A stretch of DNA of 20,000 nucleotides from an uncultured virus (IMG/VR IMGVR_UViG_3300032320_002770) (Duplodnaviria; Heunggongvirae; Uroviricota; Caudoviricetes), in the IMG/VR virus record IMGVR_UViG_3300032320_002770; one strand, 5' to 3'. A program made the position numbers and the translations under genes. This document shows, piece after piece, positions 1 through 7,798 of the stretch (its first letter is position 1; each line of letters starts with the position of its first letter). A model generated the notes under the pieces. That model did no database searches. It saw nothing but the letters and a program-made list of their open reading frames with translations, and was not told the DNA's origin.

Positions 1-588
1 GTATATCGCGCATTGTAGAAAATACTTTCTATTGTTACCATATTTCTTAAGCCAACTTTGAATAACTTTTTTATGATTTTTTCTTTTTTCTAATTTTCCA
101 ACTAGATTAAATGTTATACGATCTTCAATGTACTTTTTATTAGTATTAGAAAAATTATATTTATCAAAAGCCAACGGAACATACTCGACATTAGAGCAAC
201 CTGCATTTTTGAAAATTTCACAAGTATATGGAGAAGAAAATAACACTTTATGATTATTTTTTACAATATTTATTTCTGTAGGAGTAGGTTGGTCTAACTC
301 ATAAAACGAAAATAATACTTGCTCTTTAGCAAGTGATTCTAAAGACCCATTTAAATGCCAAAGTTTAAATATTCTATTATTTCTAGAATATTTAGCGTCA
401 TTATCTTGTAATGAATTATTTATCCAATCAATAAATTCTTTTTCAAGACTTTGAGTAGAGAAATCTATTTGGCTTCCTATTGGAAATAGAAGTATATCAC
501 TCTTTCTTCTAAAGAGTTCTTTTAAAATTAGCGTAGAAGTTTGCCCAAAAGATACTGAGTTAATGGGCAAATTCAAGCATATACTCAC
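1..588 (-). CDS. Glycosyltransferase (GT-B/GT4-like), truncated by the window edge
   Basis: Not in the ORF track. Hand translation from GTG at 588, which overlaps the TGA of the upstream gene, is open to the edge: MSICLNLPINSVSFGQ...FSFYELDQ...VPLAFD...FNLVGKLEKRKNHKKVIQSW. The 'VGKLEKRKN' segment matches the GT4 'GRxxxRKN' donor-binding region. Confidence 0.75.
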   Translation of the reverse strand, partial: MSICLNLPINSVSFGQTSTLILKELFRRKSDILLFPIGSQIDFSTQSLEKEFIDWINNSLQDNDAKYSRNNRIFKLWHLNGSLESLAKEQVLFSFYELDQPTPTEINIVKNNHKVLFSSPYTCEIFKNAGCSNVEYVPLAFDKYNFSNTNKKYIEDRITFNLVGKLEKRKNHKKVIQSWLKKYGNNRKYFLQCAIY

Positions 589-908
589 AACAAATCTTCT
601 TCCTCTTCTGCTACTTGTGCTACTGCCTTTTTCTCAGTTTTAACTGCTACTTTTTGAGTTGCCTTAGTAGTTGTATCAGCTGTTTGAGTTTTCGCGGCAC
701 CATCGCTCTTAGTTGAGAGATATACTCTATAATCTGGAGCTTTTGGATTATCATTCTTAAATTTGTTAGCGAAAATTACAATTTCTACTTGTTCGCCAAG
801 TTCGTCCTTGAAATAACCAGAAAGATACTTTTGGTTCTTTCCTTCTCTTTTCCATAATGCACCGATATCTCTTTTTTGCCAATCATTTTGTTGCTTATTG
901 TTTTCCAT
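585..908 (-). CDS. DUF736-like protein with an acidic C-terminal tail (possible ssDNA-binding protein)
   Basis: IGALWK...YLSG...PKAPDYRVY resembles the DUF736 pattern. A Thr/Ala/Lys-rich linker ends in EEEEDLL. Has an AGGAG Shine-Dalgarno and its own consensus promoter. Confidence 0.6.
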   Translation of the reverse strand: MENNKQQNDWQKRDIGALWKREGKNQKYLSGYFKDELGEQVEIVIFANKFKNDNPKAPDYRVYLSTKSDGAAKTQTADTTTKATQKVAVKTEKKAVAQVAEEEEDLL

Positions 909-925
909 ATTATCTCCTATGTATT

Positions 926-1531
926 TTATATTATATCTGAGTTATTGACGCTTGTCAATTTATTTTTTAAAAAAGACTTGCCTTTATTATGAAGATTAAT
1001 TACTGTTTGAGTACTTAACTTCATTTTTTTTCCAATATTAGCCCAAGACATTAGTTTTTTATTATTAAAGTATCTTAACTTATATATTTTTTTAATTCTC
1101 TTATCTTTTGATCTATCTAAAATAGAGAAAATCATATCCGCTTTTTCTTTGAAAGTAGCAGTTTGATTATTAAGTTTAATTTGATTTTTTTCAATAATAT
1201 TTTTAATAGCTGTATCTTCCATAGATATATGGTGGTTATTTTTGTTTATTGTATTTAAACAATGATATCTCATTTGATTTCCTAACCAAGTAGAAAATTT
1301 AACATTTTTATCTGGATTAAAATTCATTACAGATCTATATATTACATAAGTCTTTTCTGCAATAACATCTTCTGGATCAATACCAGATTGAATCATATTA
1401 TGATAATATTTTTTAATCATTTTATGGCATATTCCGCTATGTCTTAATTCTAATTCTTTAAGAGCATAACTATCATTTTGGTTTAATACCTCTTGTATTA
1501 ATTGGTTGTCGTTGGTTGTTTTTATATTCAT
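926..1531 (-). CDS. Phage sigma-70-family factor (regions 2 and 4)
   Basis: Region-2-like FNPDKNVKFSTWLGNQMRY. C-terminal HTH 'IYKLRYF...MSWANIGKKMKLSTQTVINLHNKG'. Confidence 0.75.
   Translation of the reverse strand: MNIKTTNDNQLIQEVLNQNDSYALKELELRHSGICHKMIKKYYHNMIQSGIDPEDVIAEKTYVIYRSVMNFNPDKNVKFSTWLGNQMRYHCLNTINKNNHHISMEDTAIKNIIEKNQIKLNNQTATFKEKADMIFSILDRSKDKRIKKIYKLRYFNNKKLMSWANIGKKMKLSTQTVINLHNKGKSFLKNKLTSVNNSDII
930..958 (-). promoter_or_regulatory. sigma70 consensus promoter for the 585-908 gene
   Basis: TTGACA (958-953), 17 nt spacer, TATAAT (935-930), followed by a short leader with AGGAG. Confidence 0.75.
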
Positions 1532-1532
1532 A

Positions 1533-2117
1533 TTAAAATTGTAATATTTTTTCGTATATGGATTTTAAGTATTTCTGAACTAATTCATACAATACGTTAG
1601 CATCTTGACATGTGTCCCAACATACAGATATGTCGGCAACGGCTTTTAATTTATTATCATTAGATTTTTCTTCAATATTAGCTGGAGGCACAAACGAGCC
1701 ATCATCTAATTTTCTAGATAAATGTACTAATATGCCATTATGAGATTTAAGCCAAGCATACTCATCATCCTTGTACTCTATATATCTTACGTCTGTTATG
1801 ATCGGAACGATGTTATCTTTTTTAAGATTTTCTATTTTTTTATCTAATTGAGACGTCCAGTATGTTCCTTGCGTTTGAGTTCTTCTGCATTTGCCGTAAG
1901 CTACCATCAATGGTCTTATTACTTCTTTTTCTTGATCATTGCATTTAAATAAATCTATTTTAAATTTTTCTTTACTGAAATCATTTAATTCATTTTTTAA
2001 ATCATCAGCGAAGGCTAATCTTTCAGATTTTAGTCCTTTTTCTTCTAAATATTTTTTTAGAATAGAATAGAAAGTGTCTTTTCCTGATCTAGCTACTCCT
2101 GTGATGCCAATTATCAT
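1533..2117 (-). CDS. Deoxynucleoside monophosphate kinase
   Basis: N-terminal P-loop IIGITGVARSGKDT and IITDVRY, typical of phage dNMP kinases. Start set at ATG 2117 rather than 2135 because the promoter -10 box lies at 2125-2130. Confidence 0.8.
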   Translation of the reverse strand: MIIGITGVARSGKDTFYSILKKYLEEKGLKSERLAFADDLKNELNDFSKEKFKIDLFKCNDQEKEVIRPLMVAYGKCRRTQTQGTYWTSQLDKKIENLKKDNIVPIITDVRYIEYKDDEYAWLKSHNGILVHLSRKLDDGSFVPPANIEEKSNDNKLKAVADISVCWDTCQDANVLYELVQKYLKSIYEKILQF

Positions 2118-2124
2118 TTTAATG

Positions 2125-2175
2125 ATTATAAACATAATAAATTACCTTGTCAAGTTATTAGTTTTGTGATAATAT
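2125..2175. promoter_or_regulatory. Overlapping divergent sigma70 promoters sharing one -35 site
   Basis: Minus strand: TTGACA(2153-2148)-17-TATAAT(2130-2125)-7 nt-ATG. Plus strand: TTGTCA(2147-2152)-17-TAATAT(2170-2175)-6 nt-ATG 2182. Confidence 0.7.
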
Positions 2176-2181
2176 AAGTAT

Positions 2182-2607
2182 ATGGAAGAAAGAATCTCTT
2201 TTGAAGAAATGGCTATAAATATAGCTGTTGAATGCTCTAAAAGAGCAGAAGATATATACAGAAAAGTGGGATGTTGCATTTTGGATAAAGAAGGTAAAAT
2301 ACTATCTACTGGATATAATGGGCTATTGCCTAAAGTAGATAAAGATAAAAGTTTTTGGTCAAAAAGAGACCATAGAAGAAAATTTGTTATCCATGCAGAA
2401 ATAAATGCTCTATCAAGAATAAATAGAAATGAAAATCCTCATATTCTAGCATGCACTTTACTACCATGCTCTAGTTGCGCTTTAAATATTGCTTCATATG
2501 GAATTAAAAAAATCATTTATCTAGAAGACTATGAATTCGATAAAGGAGCTAAAGAGATATTTGAATTCTATAATATAGAACTTTTAAAACTTGACACAAA
2601 AACATAA
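2182..2607 (+). CDS. dCMP deaminase
   Basis: VGCCI, TGYNG, and the zinc motifs HAEINA and PCSSC. Confidence 0.9.
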   Translation: MEERISFEEMAINIAVECSKRAEDIYRKVGCCILDKEGKILSTGYNGLLPKVDKDKSFWSKRDHRRKFVIHAEINALSRINRNENPHILACTLLPCSSCALNIASYGIKKIIYLEDYEFDKGAKEIFEFYNIELLKLDTKT

Positions 2608-2619
2608 ATATATTAATAT
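2591..2619 (+). promoter_or_regulatory. sigma70 promoter (leaderless geometry)
   Basis: TTGACA(2591)-17-TAATAT(2614)-6 nt-ATG 2626. Confidence 0.65.
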
Positions 2620-2625
2620 TGATAT

Positions 2626-3732
2626 ATGCAACAGAATCTCAAAGAAGCACTAGGATACGACGACATTTCTCTTTTACCAAATTTTTCAGATATTTCTTCA
2701 AGAAAAGAAGTAGATACATCTACTAAAATTTCTAAAAATCATCAAATTAAGATTCCAATAGTTCTATCTCCGATGGATACTGTTTCTTCTGTAAAATCAT
2801 GTATTAGAATGAATAAGATTGGTGCAGCTGGAGTTTTGCACCGTTTCATGTCGATTGACGACCAAAGATCAAAATCTAAAATTATTAAAGATGAAAGTGG
2901 ATTCTCAATAAATGCAATTGGATTAAAAGACGCAGAGGAAAGAATTAGAGCGACTAGTCCATATACTGATATCTATTTTCTTGATACAGCTAATGGTCTA
3001 TGTAAAAACGTAGAGGATCTCTTAAGATGGTATAAAACTGCTAATTTTTCTCAAGACATCATAGTTGGCAACACCTTAACAAAGCAAAGCGTTTCTAGAT
3101 TAGCTAATTTAAAAGCTGATGGGTTTAGACATCTTATTGGCCCAGGATCTATGTGTTTAACACAAGTTAAAACTGGAATTGGTTGCCCAAGTGTTACTGG
3201 CAATTATTATGCATGGAAGGCTGTTAGAAATTGGGAATTATCTCAAGTTGATTTGTTTAAGCAAGATAATCCAAATCCAGCAAATAGACCTAGTATACTA
3301 GCAGATGGAGGAATTCGTTATCCAAAAGATCTAGTTAAAGCTATAGCGAGTGGATGCGATGGTATCATATGTGGAAGGATTTTCGCTGGCTTACAAGATA
3401 CAGTAGATGATGAAGATATTGTAGAGATAGATGGTAAAAAATATGCTAAATATAGAGGAATGGCATCTAAAGACGTAGTAGAAGATTATGAATTATTTGA
3501 TGGAACTAAAAAAAATCTTTTTGTAGAAGGTGACAATACTTTGATTCCTCTGTCAGAAAAGACGATAGAAGATATTGTTTATGATTTTGCTAACGGCTTA
3601 AGAAGCGCGATGAGTTATCTTGGTTTTAGAAAATTAGAAGATATGCGAGGTGGTCTTTGGACAAATAAAATCATCGCAGTTAGAACAACAAGCAATAATA
3701 TGTACGAGGGATTCTCTCATGGAAAAGCCTGA
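2626..3732 (+). CDS. guaC: IMPDH/GMP reductase family enzyme, probably a GMP reductase
   Basis: SPMDTV, GVLHRF, catalytic-Cys loop IGPGSMCLT, ILADGGI and YRGMAS. No CBS domain. The flap after YRGMAS lacks the Arg-Tyr dyad of IMPDHs. The family is secure; the reaction direction is inferred. Confidence 0.7.
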   Translation: MQQNLKEALGYDDISLLPNFSDISSRKEVDTSTKISKNHQIKIPIVLSPMDTVSSVKSCIRMNKIGAAGVLHRFMSIDDQRSKSKIIKDESGFSINAIGLKDAEERIRATSPYTDIYFLDTANGLCKNVEDLLRWYKTANFSQDIIVGNTLTKQSVSRLANLKADGFRHLIGPGSMCLTQVKTGIGCPSVTGNYYAWKAVRNWELSQVDLFKQDNPNPANRPSILADGGIRYPKDLVKAIASGCDGIICGRIFAGLQDTVDDEDIVEIDGKKYAKYRGMASKDVVEDYELFDGTKKNLFVEGDNTLIPLSEKTIEDIVYDFANGLRSAMSYLGFRKLEDMRGGLWTNKIIAVRTTSNNMYEGFSHGKA

Positions 3733-4060
3733 TATTAAATACATAAAATACATCTGTTTAATTTTAATAGCTTTTTGGGCTATGAATAAATGCCACGCTC
3801 AAGTCTCATACCAAAAAATGGACACATCATCTAGATCAGTAGAATACTACATTACAAAATCTCAAATACAATCGAATACAGAACAAATTAAATATTTAAA
3901 TGAGCGAAAGAAGTCGTATTCTTTATTTAATAAACATGAATCAATAGCAAGATCTAGACAACAAGCTATTGTTTCAGCTAAAGAAAACGAGAACTTTAGA
4001 TTAAATCATAAAGTCTTTCTTATAAAGAAAGCTCAAGAAACTCCATTGACAATACGATAA
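3719..4060 (+). CDS. Hypothetical protein with a signal peptide or N-terminal TM segment
   Basis: Likely start ATG 3719 (MEKPDIKYIKYICLILIAFWAMNKCHA/QV), a hydrophobic stretch followed by a possible cleavage site. Confidence 0.55.
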   Translation: MEKPDIKYIKYICLILIAFWAMNKCHAQVSYQKMDTSSRSVEYYITKSQIQSNTEQIKYLNERKKSYSLFNKHESIARSRQQAIVSAKENENFRLNHKVFLIKKAQETPLTIR

Positions 4061-4074
4061 TAATTATATATAAT
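4046..4074 (+). promoter_or_regulatory. sigma70 consensus promoter (leaderless geometry)
   Basis: TTGACA(4046)-17-TATAAT(4069)-6 nt-ATG 4081. Confidence 0.75.
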
Positions 4075-4080
4075 AAAAAT

Positions 4081-4275
4081 ATGAAACAACAATCATTATT
4101 AAAATTAAACATTCTAAAAAGAATGATAGGTAAAAGAGTTATAGTAATAACTGATCATATCAAATTAACAAATTGGTTTGGTTTAGTCGAAAATGTAATA
4201 GATGATACACATTTGATGATTAGTGGTCCTAATGGATCTCAAAAGGTTAATATTTTTGATGTCAGATCGCCATGA
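4081..4275 (+). CDS. Small hypothetical protein (beta-rich, possibly Sm/SH3-like)
   Basis: Directly follows a consensus promoter; ATGA overlap with the next gene. Confidence 0.6.
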   Translation: MKQQSLLKLNILKRMIGKRVIVITDHIKLTNWFGLVENVIDDTHLMISGPNGSQKVNIFDVRSP

Positions 4276-4496
4276 GCGAAATACAAGAATCATATAATGA
4301 TATCCCTCTTTATATAAGAGGGACAGAAAGATCGCCTATTCATAGACTTGCCCCAAAATTAGGAAGAAACTATCATTGTCCTTTCGAAGGAAAGAAATTT
4401 AAAAAATGCTGCGGATTAGATGGGTCAAATTATTGTAAAAAATTGTTAAATGAATTTGTAGAGAAAAATTTACCTAAAAATGATCAAAGCAGTTGA
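4272..4496 (+). CDS. SEC-C motif protein (variant)
   Basis: LGRNYHCPFEGKKFKKCCG compared with canonical GRNDPCPCGSGKKYKKCCG. Confidence 0.7.
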   Translation: MSEIQESYNDIPLYIRGTERSPIHRLAPKLGRNYHCPFEGKKFKKCCGLDGSNYCKKLLNEFVEKNLPKNDQSS

Positions 4497-5475
4497 TATT
4501 ATTTTTGGTTTAGCATGGGGAGATGAGGGCAAAGGTAAAATAAGTAATACTATTAGTAAAAATTATGATATTGTTTGTAGGTGGAATGGTGGACCCAATG
4601 CAGGTCATACAGTTTATATTAACGATAAAAAATATAAAACTCATATTATTCCTTGTGGAGTTTTTCAAAATAAACCTAGCATTATTGGCCCAAACTGCGT
4701 TATCAATGTTGATAAATTTTTTGATGAAATAGAATATTTAGAAAAAGAAGGTTTTGATACTTCTTTAATTAAAGTTAGCCCTAAAGCTCATATTATTACA
4801 GAAAAGCATATTCAATATGATCTTAAATTTTTACAACCAAGACTTGGTACAACTGGCCAAGGGATTGCTCCTTGTTATGCAGATAAAGCTTTAAGAGTAG
4901 GAAAACTTTCTAAAGATTATTTGGATAAAAAATATCTTTGGGATGGCCGACTTTATGGAAATATACTTTGCGAAGGTGCTCAAAGTTTTTGGTTAGACTT
5001 AAACTATGGTGATTATCCTTATGTTACTAGCAGTGAAACATTACCATATTCGGCTTGTTCGTTAGGATTTTCACCTAAAAAAATCAGAGATATTATTGGC
5101 ATTGCTAAAATTTATGACACCAAAAGTGGAGTAGATCCTCTTTTTCCAGATTCACTATGGAAAGACGAAAATCTTAATAAGATTATAGACCTCGGTAAAG
5201 AATTCGGGTCAACCACGGGTCGCAAAAGAATTGTTAATTGGTTGAGATTAAATCACTTGAAGCAAGCTATAAAAATTTCTGGTACGAACAAAGTTATTAT
5301 CAATAAATGCGACATTCTTCAAGAAATAAACATTTATAAGTTAATTTTAGATAATGATAAAGATGGGCCAAATTTTATTCAGTTTAATGATTTTAGCAAT
5401 ATGAAAGAATATATAACAAATGAATTGAAAGAGTATTGCGAAGTTATTTTTTCTGGAAATAAATCTTTCATTTAA
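4480..5475 (+). CDS. purA: Adenylosuccinate synthetase (short form)
   Basis: WGDEGKGK, GGPNAGHT, LGTTGQGI, EGAQ, YPYVTSS, STTGRKR and NKCD; 331 aa. Confidence 0.92.
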   Translation: MIKAVDIIFGLAWGDEGKGKISNTISKNYDIVCRWNGGPNAGHTVYINDKKYKTHIIPCGVFQNKPSIIGPNCVINVDKFFDEIEYLEKEGFDTSLIKVSPKAHIITEKHIQYDLKFLQPRLGTTGQGIAPCYADKALRVGKLSKDYLDKKYLWDGRLYGNILCEGAQSFWLDLNYGDYPYVTSSETLPYSACSLGFSPKKIRDIIGIAKIYDTKSGVDPLFPDSLWKDENLNKIIDLGKEFGSTTGRKRIVNWLRLNHLKQAIKISGTNKVIINKCDILQEINIYKLILDNDKDGPNFIQFNDFSNMKEYITNELKEYCEVIFSGNKSFI

Positions 5476-5491
5476 TAGTGTAAACTATTAT

Positions 5492-5713
5492 GTGAGCAAT
5501 CAAACTGAAGCATTAGCAATATGTTCTGAATTCGCAGATGAATATGGGGTTGACTCGAAAGATCTAAGAACTATCGTAGTTTATACAAAAAGTGAATATA
5601 TAAATGAATTAAAAAATCTTCTTGATAGAAAAAATTATAAATTAAAAAAATTTCAAGTATATGGAGATGAAGCTATAATATATTTTATACCAAAGAATAA
5701 AAAACTAATTTAA
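5492..5713 (+). CDS. Hypothetical protein
   Basis: 73-aa ORF with GTG start, preceded by the TGTAA-N8 motif. Confidence 0.6.
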   Translation: MSNQTEALAICSEFADEYGVDSKDLRTIVVYTKSEYINELKNLLDRKNYKLKKFQVYGDEAIIYFIPKNKKLI

Positions 5714-5715
5714 AA

Positions 5716-6006
5716 CTACTCTTTATATTTAATTAAATGATTTCTTACAAAAATTAGGTTAATAAAAAATCCAGCGAAAGCCGAAAGGATATTAGTTAAA
5801 ACTGGGTAGGTAAAATTATCTAATGGATTAATCAAGAAAGTTAAAGCTAAAGAAATCCAAAAACTACTACATTCATGACAAAGCAATGGTTTTCGGATAT
5901 ATGGTATTCTTGCTATGAAATTCCTAAAAGGTCTAGATGCCTCTGTGTCCGACCAACCATAAGCTAAAGCCAAGCAAAGAAATAGATATATTATAAAAAA
6001 CGTCAT
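5716..6006 (-). CDS. Small membrane protein, DUF1360-like
   Basis: About three hydrophobic segments and LLCHECSSFW (CxxCxxxW). Confidence 0.6.
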   Translation of the reverse strand: MTFFIIYLFLCLALAYGWSDTEASRPFRNFIARIPYIRKPLLCHECSSFWISLALTFLINPLDNFTYPVLTNILSAFAGFFINLIFVRNHLIKYKE

Positions 6007-6443
6007 TATAGAAAATAAACTTCTAAATGATCGCCTTTGTCTAAAAGGCTAAAAGACCTAAATACAATTCCCTTTTCTATTACGAATTTATTAAAATCTT
6101 CCCATCCTTTTGGGCCTTTTGGTACTTCATAAATATTAGAAACAGAATTGTCTCTAAAAGATTCTAAATTTTTAGATTTATTTTCTTCCTTTTGTCTTAT
6201 TGCTTCATCAATTTTTTGTTTTTCTTCTCTTATCTCTTCTAAATTTAAAAGAAAGTCAATAAAATCTTTATCACCTTCTGCATATTTTTTATTTAAATGC
6301 ACAGCAACCCTACCTCTACACGAGCAAGTAGGATTAAATTTAGAACTAGTAAGATCTGCTAAAATATCTGGATACTTGTTCTTTAAAGATTCGAAGATTT
6401 TTTCATTTTTTACGAGTATATCTAAATATGGGCCTATGTTCAT
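6006..6443 (-). CDS. Hypothetical protein
   Basis: 145-aa ORF with a CxC motif; TATAAT (6455-6450) lies 6 nt before the ATG; coupled to the downstream gene. Confidence 0.65.
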   Translation of the reverse strand: MNIGPYLDILVKNEKIFESLKNKYPDILADLTSSKFNPTCSCRGRVAVHLNKKYAEGDKDFIDFLLNLEEIREEKQKIDEAIRQKEENKSKNLESFRDNSVSNIYEVPKGPKGWEDFNKFVIEKGIVFRSFSLLDKGDHLEVYFL

Positions 6444-6455
6444 ATTTGTATTATA

Positions 6456-6602
6456 TTAAGTCAAGTTTCTAATTTCTAATTTTTTTTTAATAAAATCTAC
6501 CATTTCTTGTTTTGAAAAGTCATTTTTCATAACATTAACACAATAACATACAAATTCAACATTTCCCTTGACATAGCCTATATTTTTAGTCAATCTATAT
6601 TT
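6456..6602 (-). pseudogene. C-terminal remnant of an HNH-like endonuclease
   Basis: Hand translation KYRLTKNIGYVKGNVEFVCYCVNVMKNDFSKQEMVDFIKKKLEIRNLT*, matching the 'DR.D...GY..GNV..VC...N..K' pattern (compare 15551-15949). In-frame TAG at 6603-6605; N-terminal part missing. Confidence 0.6.
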
Positions 6603-6616
6603 CTAATATATAGTAT

Positions 6617-7690
6617 TTATTTTTGCGTCCTGACGAGGAAATACTGACCACTACGCATGTAGATAGGGGTAAACTTACTTCCGATCTCTGTTTGTAGAAA
6701 CAGATCAAGGGCAGCGCATGAACCGATCAAGAGCGGGGTATGGCCTGGATCTTCTACAATCAAGATGCCTCCAACAACCATCCTAACGGCAAGCTTAGAT
6801 AACCCACCATAAATCGCCTCAAGTTGATCAACATCGAGGTTAGCAACAACGATTTTGTCAATCTCAGAGGGCAGTTCGTCGGTGACAATATTATTCTTTT
6901 GTACTTTTACTACACGACCCAGCAGTGGCTGTTCGAAGCGTTTGAGCCGTGCTGCGACTGCATCTATTCCATCGGTCTCGTGACTATTCACCCATACAGT
7001 ATCAGTACTTGCTTTTGCTGCGTCGTAAACAAAACCATCGAACACGTCGAAGAAGTAACAGGGGCGGTTCACCCCTTTCTCACTCATATAACGCAAGGCA
7101 ACGCCACCAGAGCTGCCATGAAAACATCCGACCTCTACATAAGCTCCGTCGAGATGGCGAGTTGCTTGGATAGCTTGGCAGATGTTTTCCATATCTCCGT
7201 AGCCAAAGTCGAATTTATTAAACCCAGCGCCCACTTGAAATTGAAATTCTTGTTCAATGACCTGCCTTGCAACACTGTTTTTATGGATATATTGTGCAGG
7301 CTCGCCAACCCAAATTGGTATGAAACGAATACGCCTCTCGATGAGCCAATGAATGAAAGGTAACCCAGCATCATCTTGGTCAACGGCATAAATCGCACAA
7401 ACAATTGGTTCGCCTGACATGGTTTCAGGCTTGTCGGTACGAATGTCTATAATTTCTGCGTTTGCAAACGGTTCGACATCTTGATCTACAATGACCACAC
7501 ATCGGCCATTCTTTGGGATGGCAAGTATTTTTTCAGCTTCTCGGCGGAGGACTGCTTGATCAAAACGACGATGGGTTATTCCCGAAACAGGGTTTGTAAC
7601 TTTTTCTGCTAATCGCGAGGCAGAGATTTTGTGATTTAATTGTTCTTCAGTTAAAGTATCTAAGTATTCTTTTAATTGTTTGTATTTCAT
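6617..7690 (-). CDS. TylF/MycF/NovP-family SAM-dependent O-methyltransferase
   Basis: GAYVEVGCFHGSS, YFFDVFDGF, ANLDVD and VGGILIVED. GC content is markedly higher than the flanks. Confidence 0.8.
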   Translation of the reverse strand: MKYKQLKEYLDTLTEEQLNHKISASRLAEKVTNPVSGITHRRFDQAVLRREAEKILAIPKNGRCVVIVDQDVEPFANAEIIDIRTDKPETMSGEPIVCAIYAVDQDDAGLPFIHWLIERRIRFIPIWVGEPAQYIHKNSVARQVIEQEFQFQVGAGFNKFDFGYGDMENICQAIQATRHLDGAYVEVGCFHGSSGGVALRYMSEKGVNRPCYFFDVFDGFVYDAAKASTDTVWVNSHETDGIDAVAARLKRFEQPLLGRVVKVQKNNIVTDELPSEIDKIVVANLDVDQLEAIYGGLSKLAVRMVVGGILIVEDPGHTPLLIGSCAALDLFLQTEIGSKFTPIYMRSGQYFLVRTQK

Positions 7691-7774
7691 ATTTCATATT
7701 ACACGAAAATGAAATCAAGGCTTAATTTAGTTGGGCTTTTTTTATATGATCATAATGCGATTGGCTAATAAAAA

Positions 7775-7792
7775 TGCGGATGGAGGGATTCG
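7775..7792 (-). other. Isolated tRNA-like 3' fragment (T-loop half plus acceptor strand, Leu-like)
   Basis: Minus strand reads CGAATCCCTCCATCCGCA; the rest of a tRNA is absent. Confidence 0.45.
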
Positions 7793-7798
7793 TTTACT

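Noticed and set aside
4480..5475. PurZ / 2-aminoadenine (Z-genome) system
   Set aside because: The protein keeps the PurA catalytic Asp (GDEGKG, not GSxGKG), the Arg in TTGRxR and the GTP-type NKxD. No DatZ- or MazZ-like genes are recognisable in the window.
6824..7404. Alternative ORFs 6824-7363(+), 6949-7173(+) and 7135-7404(-)
   Set aside because: Shadow frames of the TylF gene, open because high GC lowers stop-codon frequency; no motifs.
7718..7743. Rho-independent terminator (GCTTAA-TTTAG-TTGGGC followed by a T-run)
   Set aside because: Weak stem with two G.U pairs, oriented on the plus strand where no adjacent upstream gene exists.
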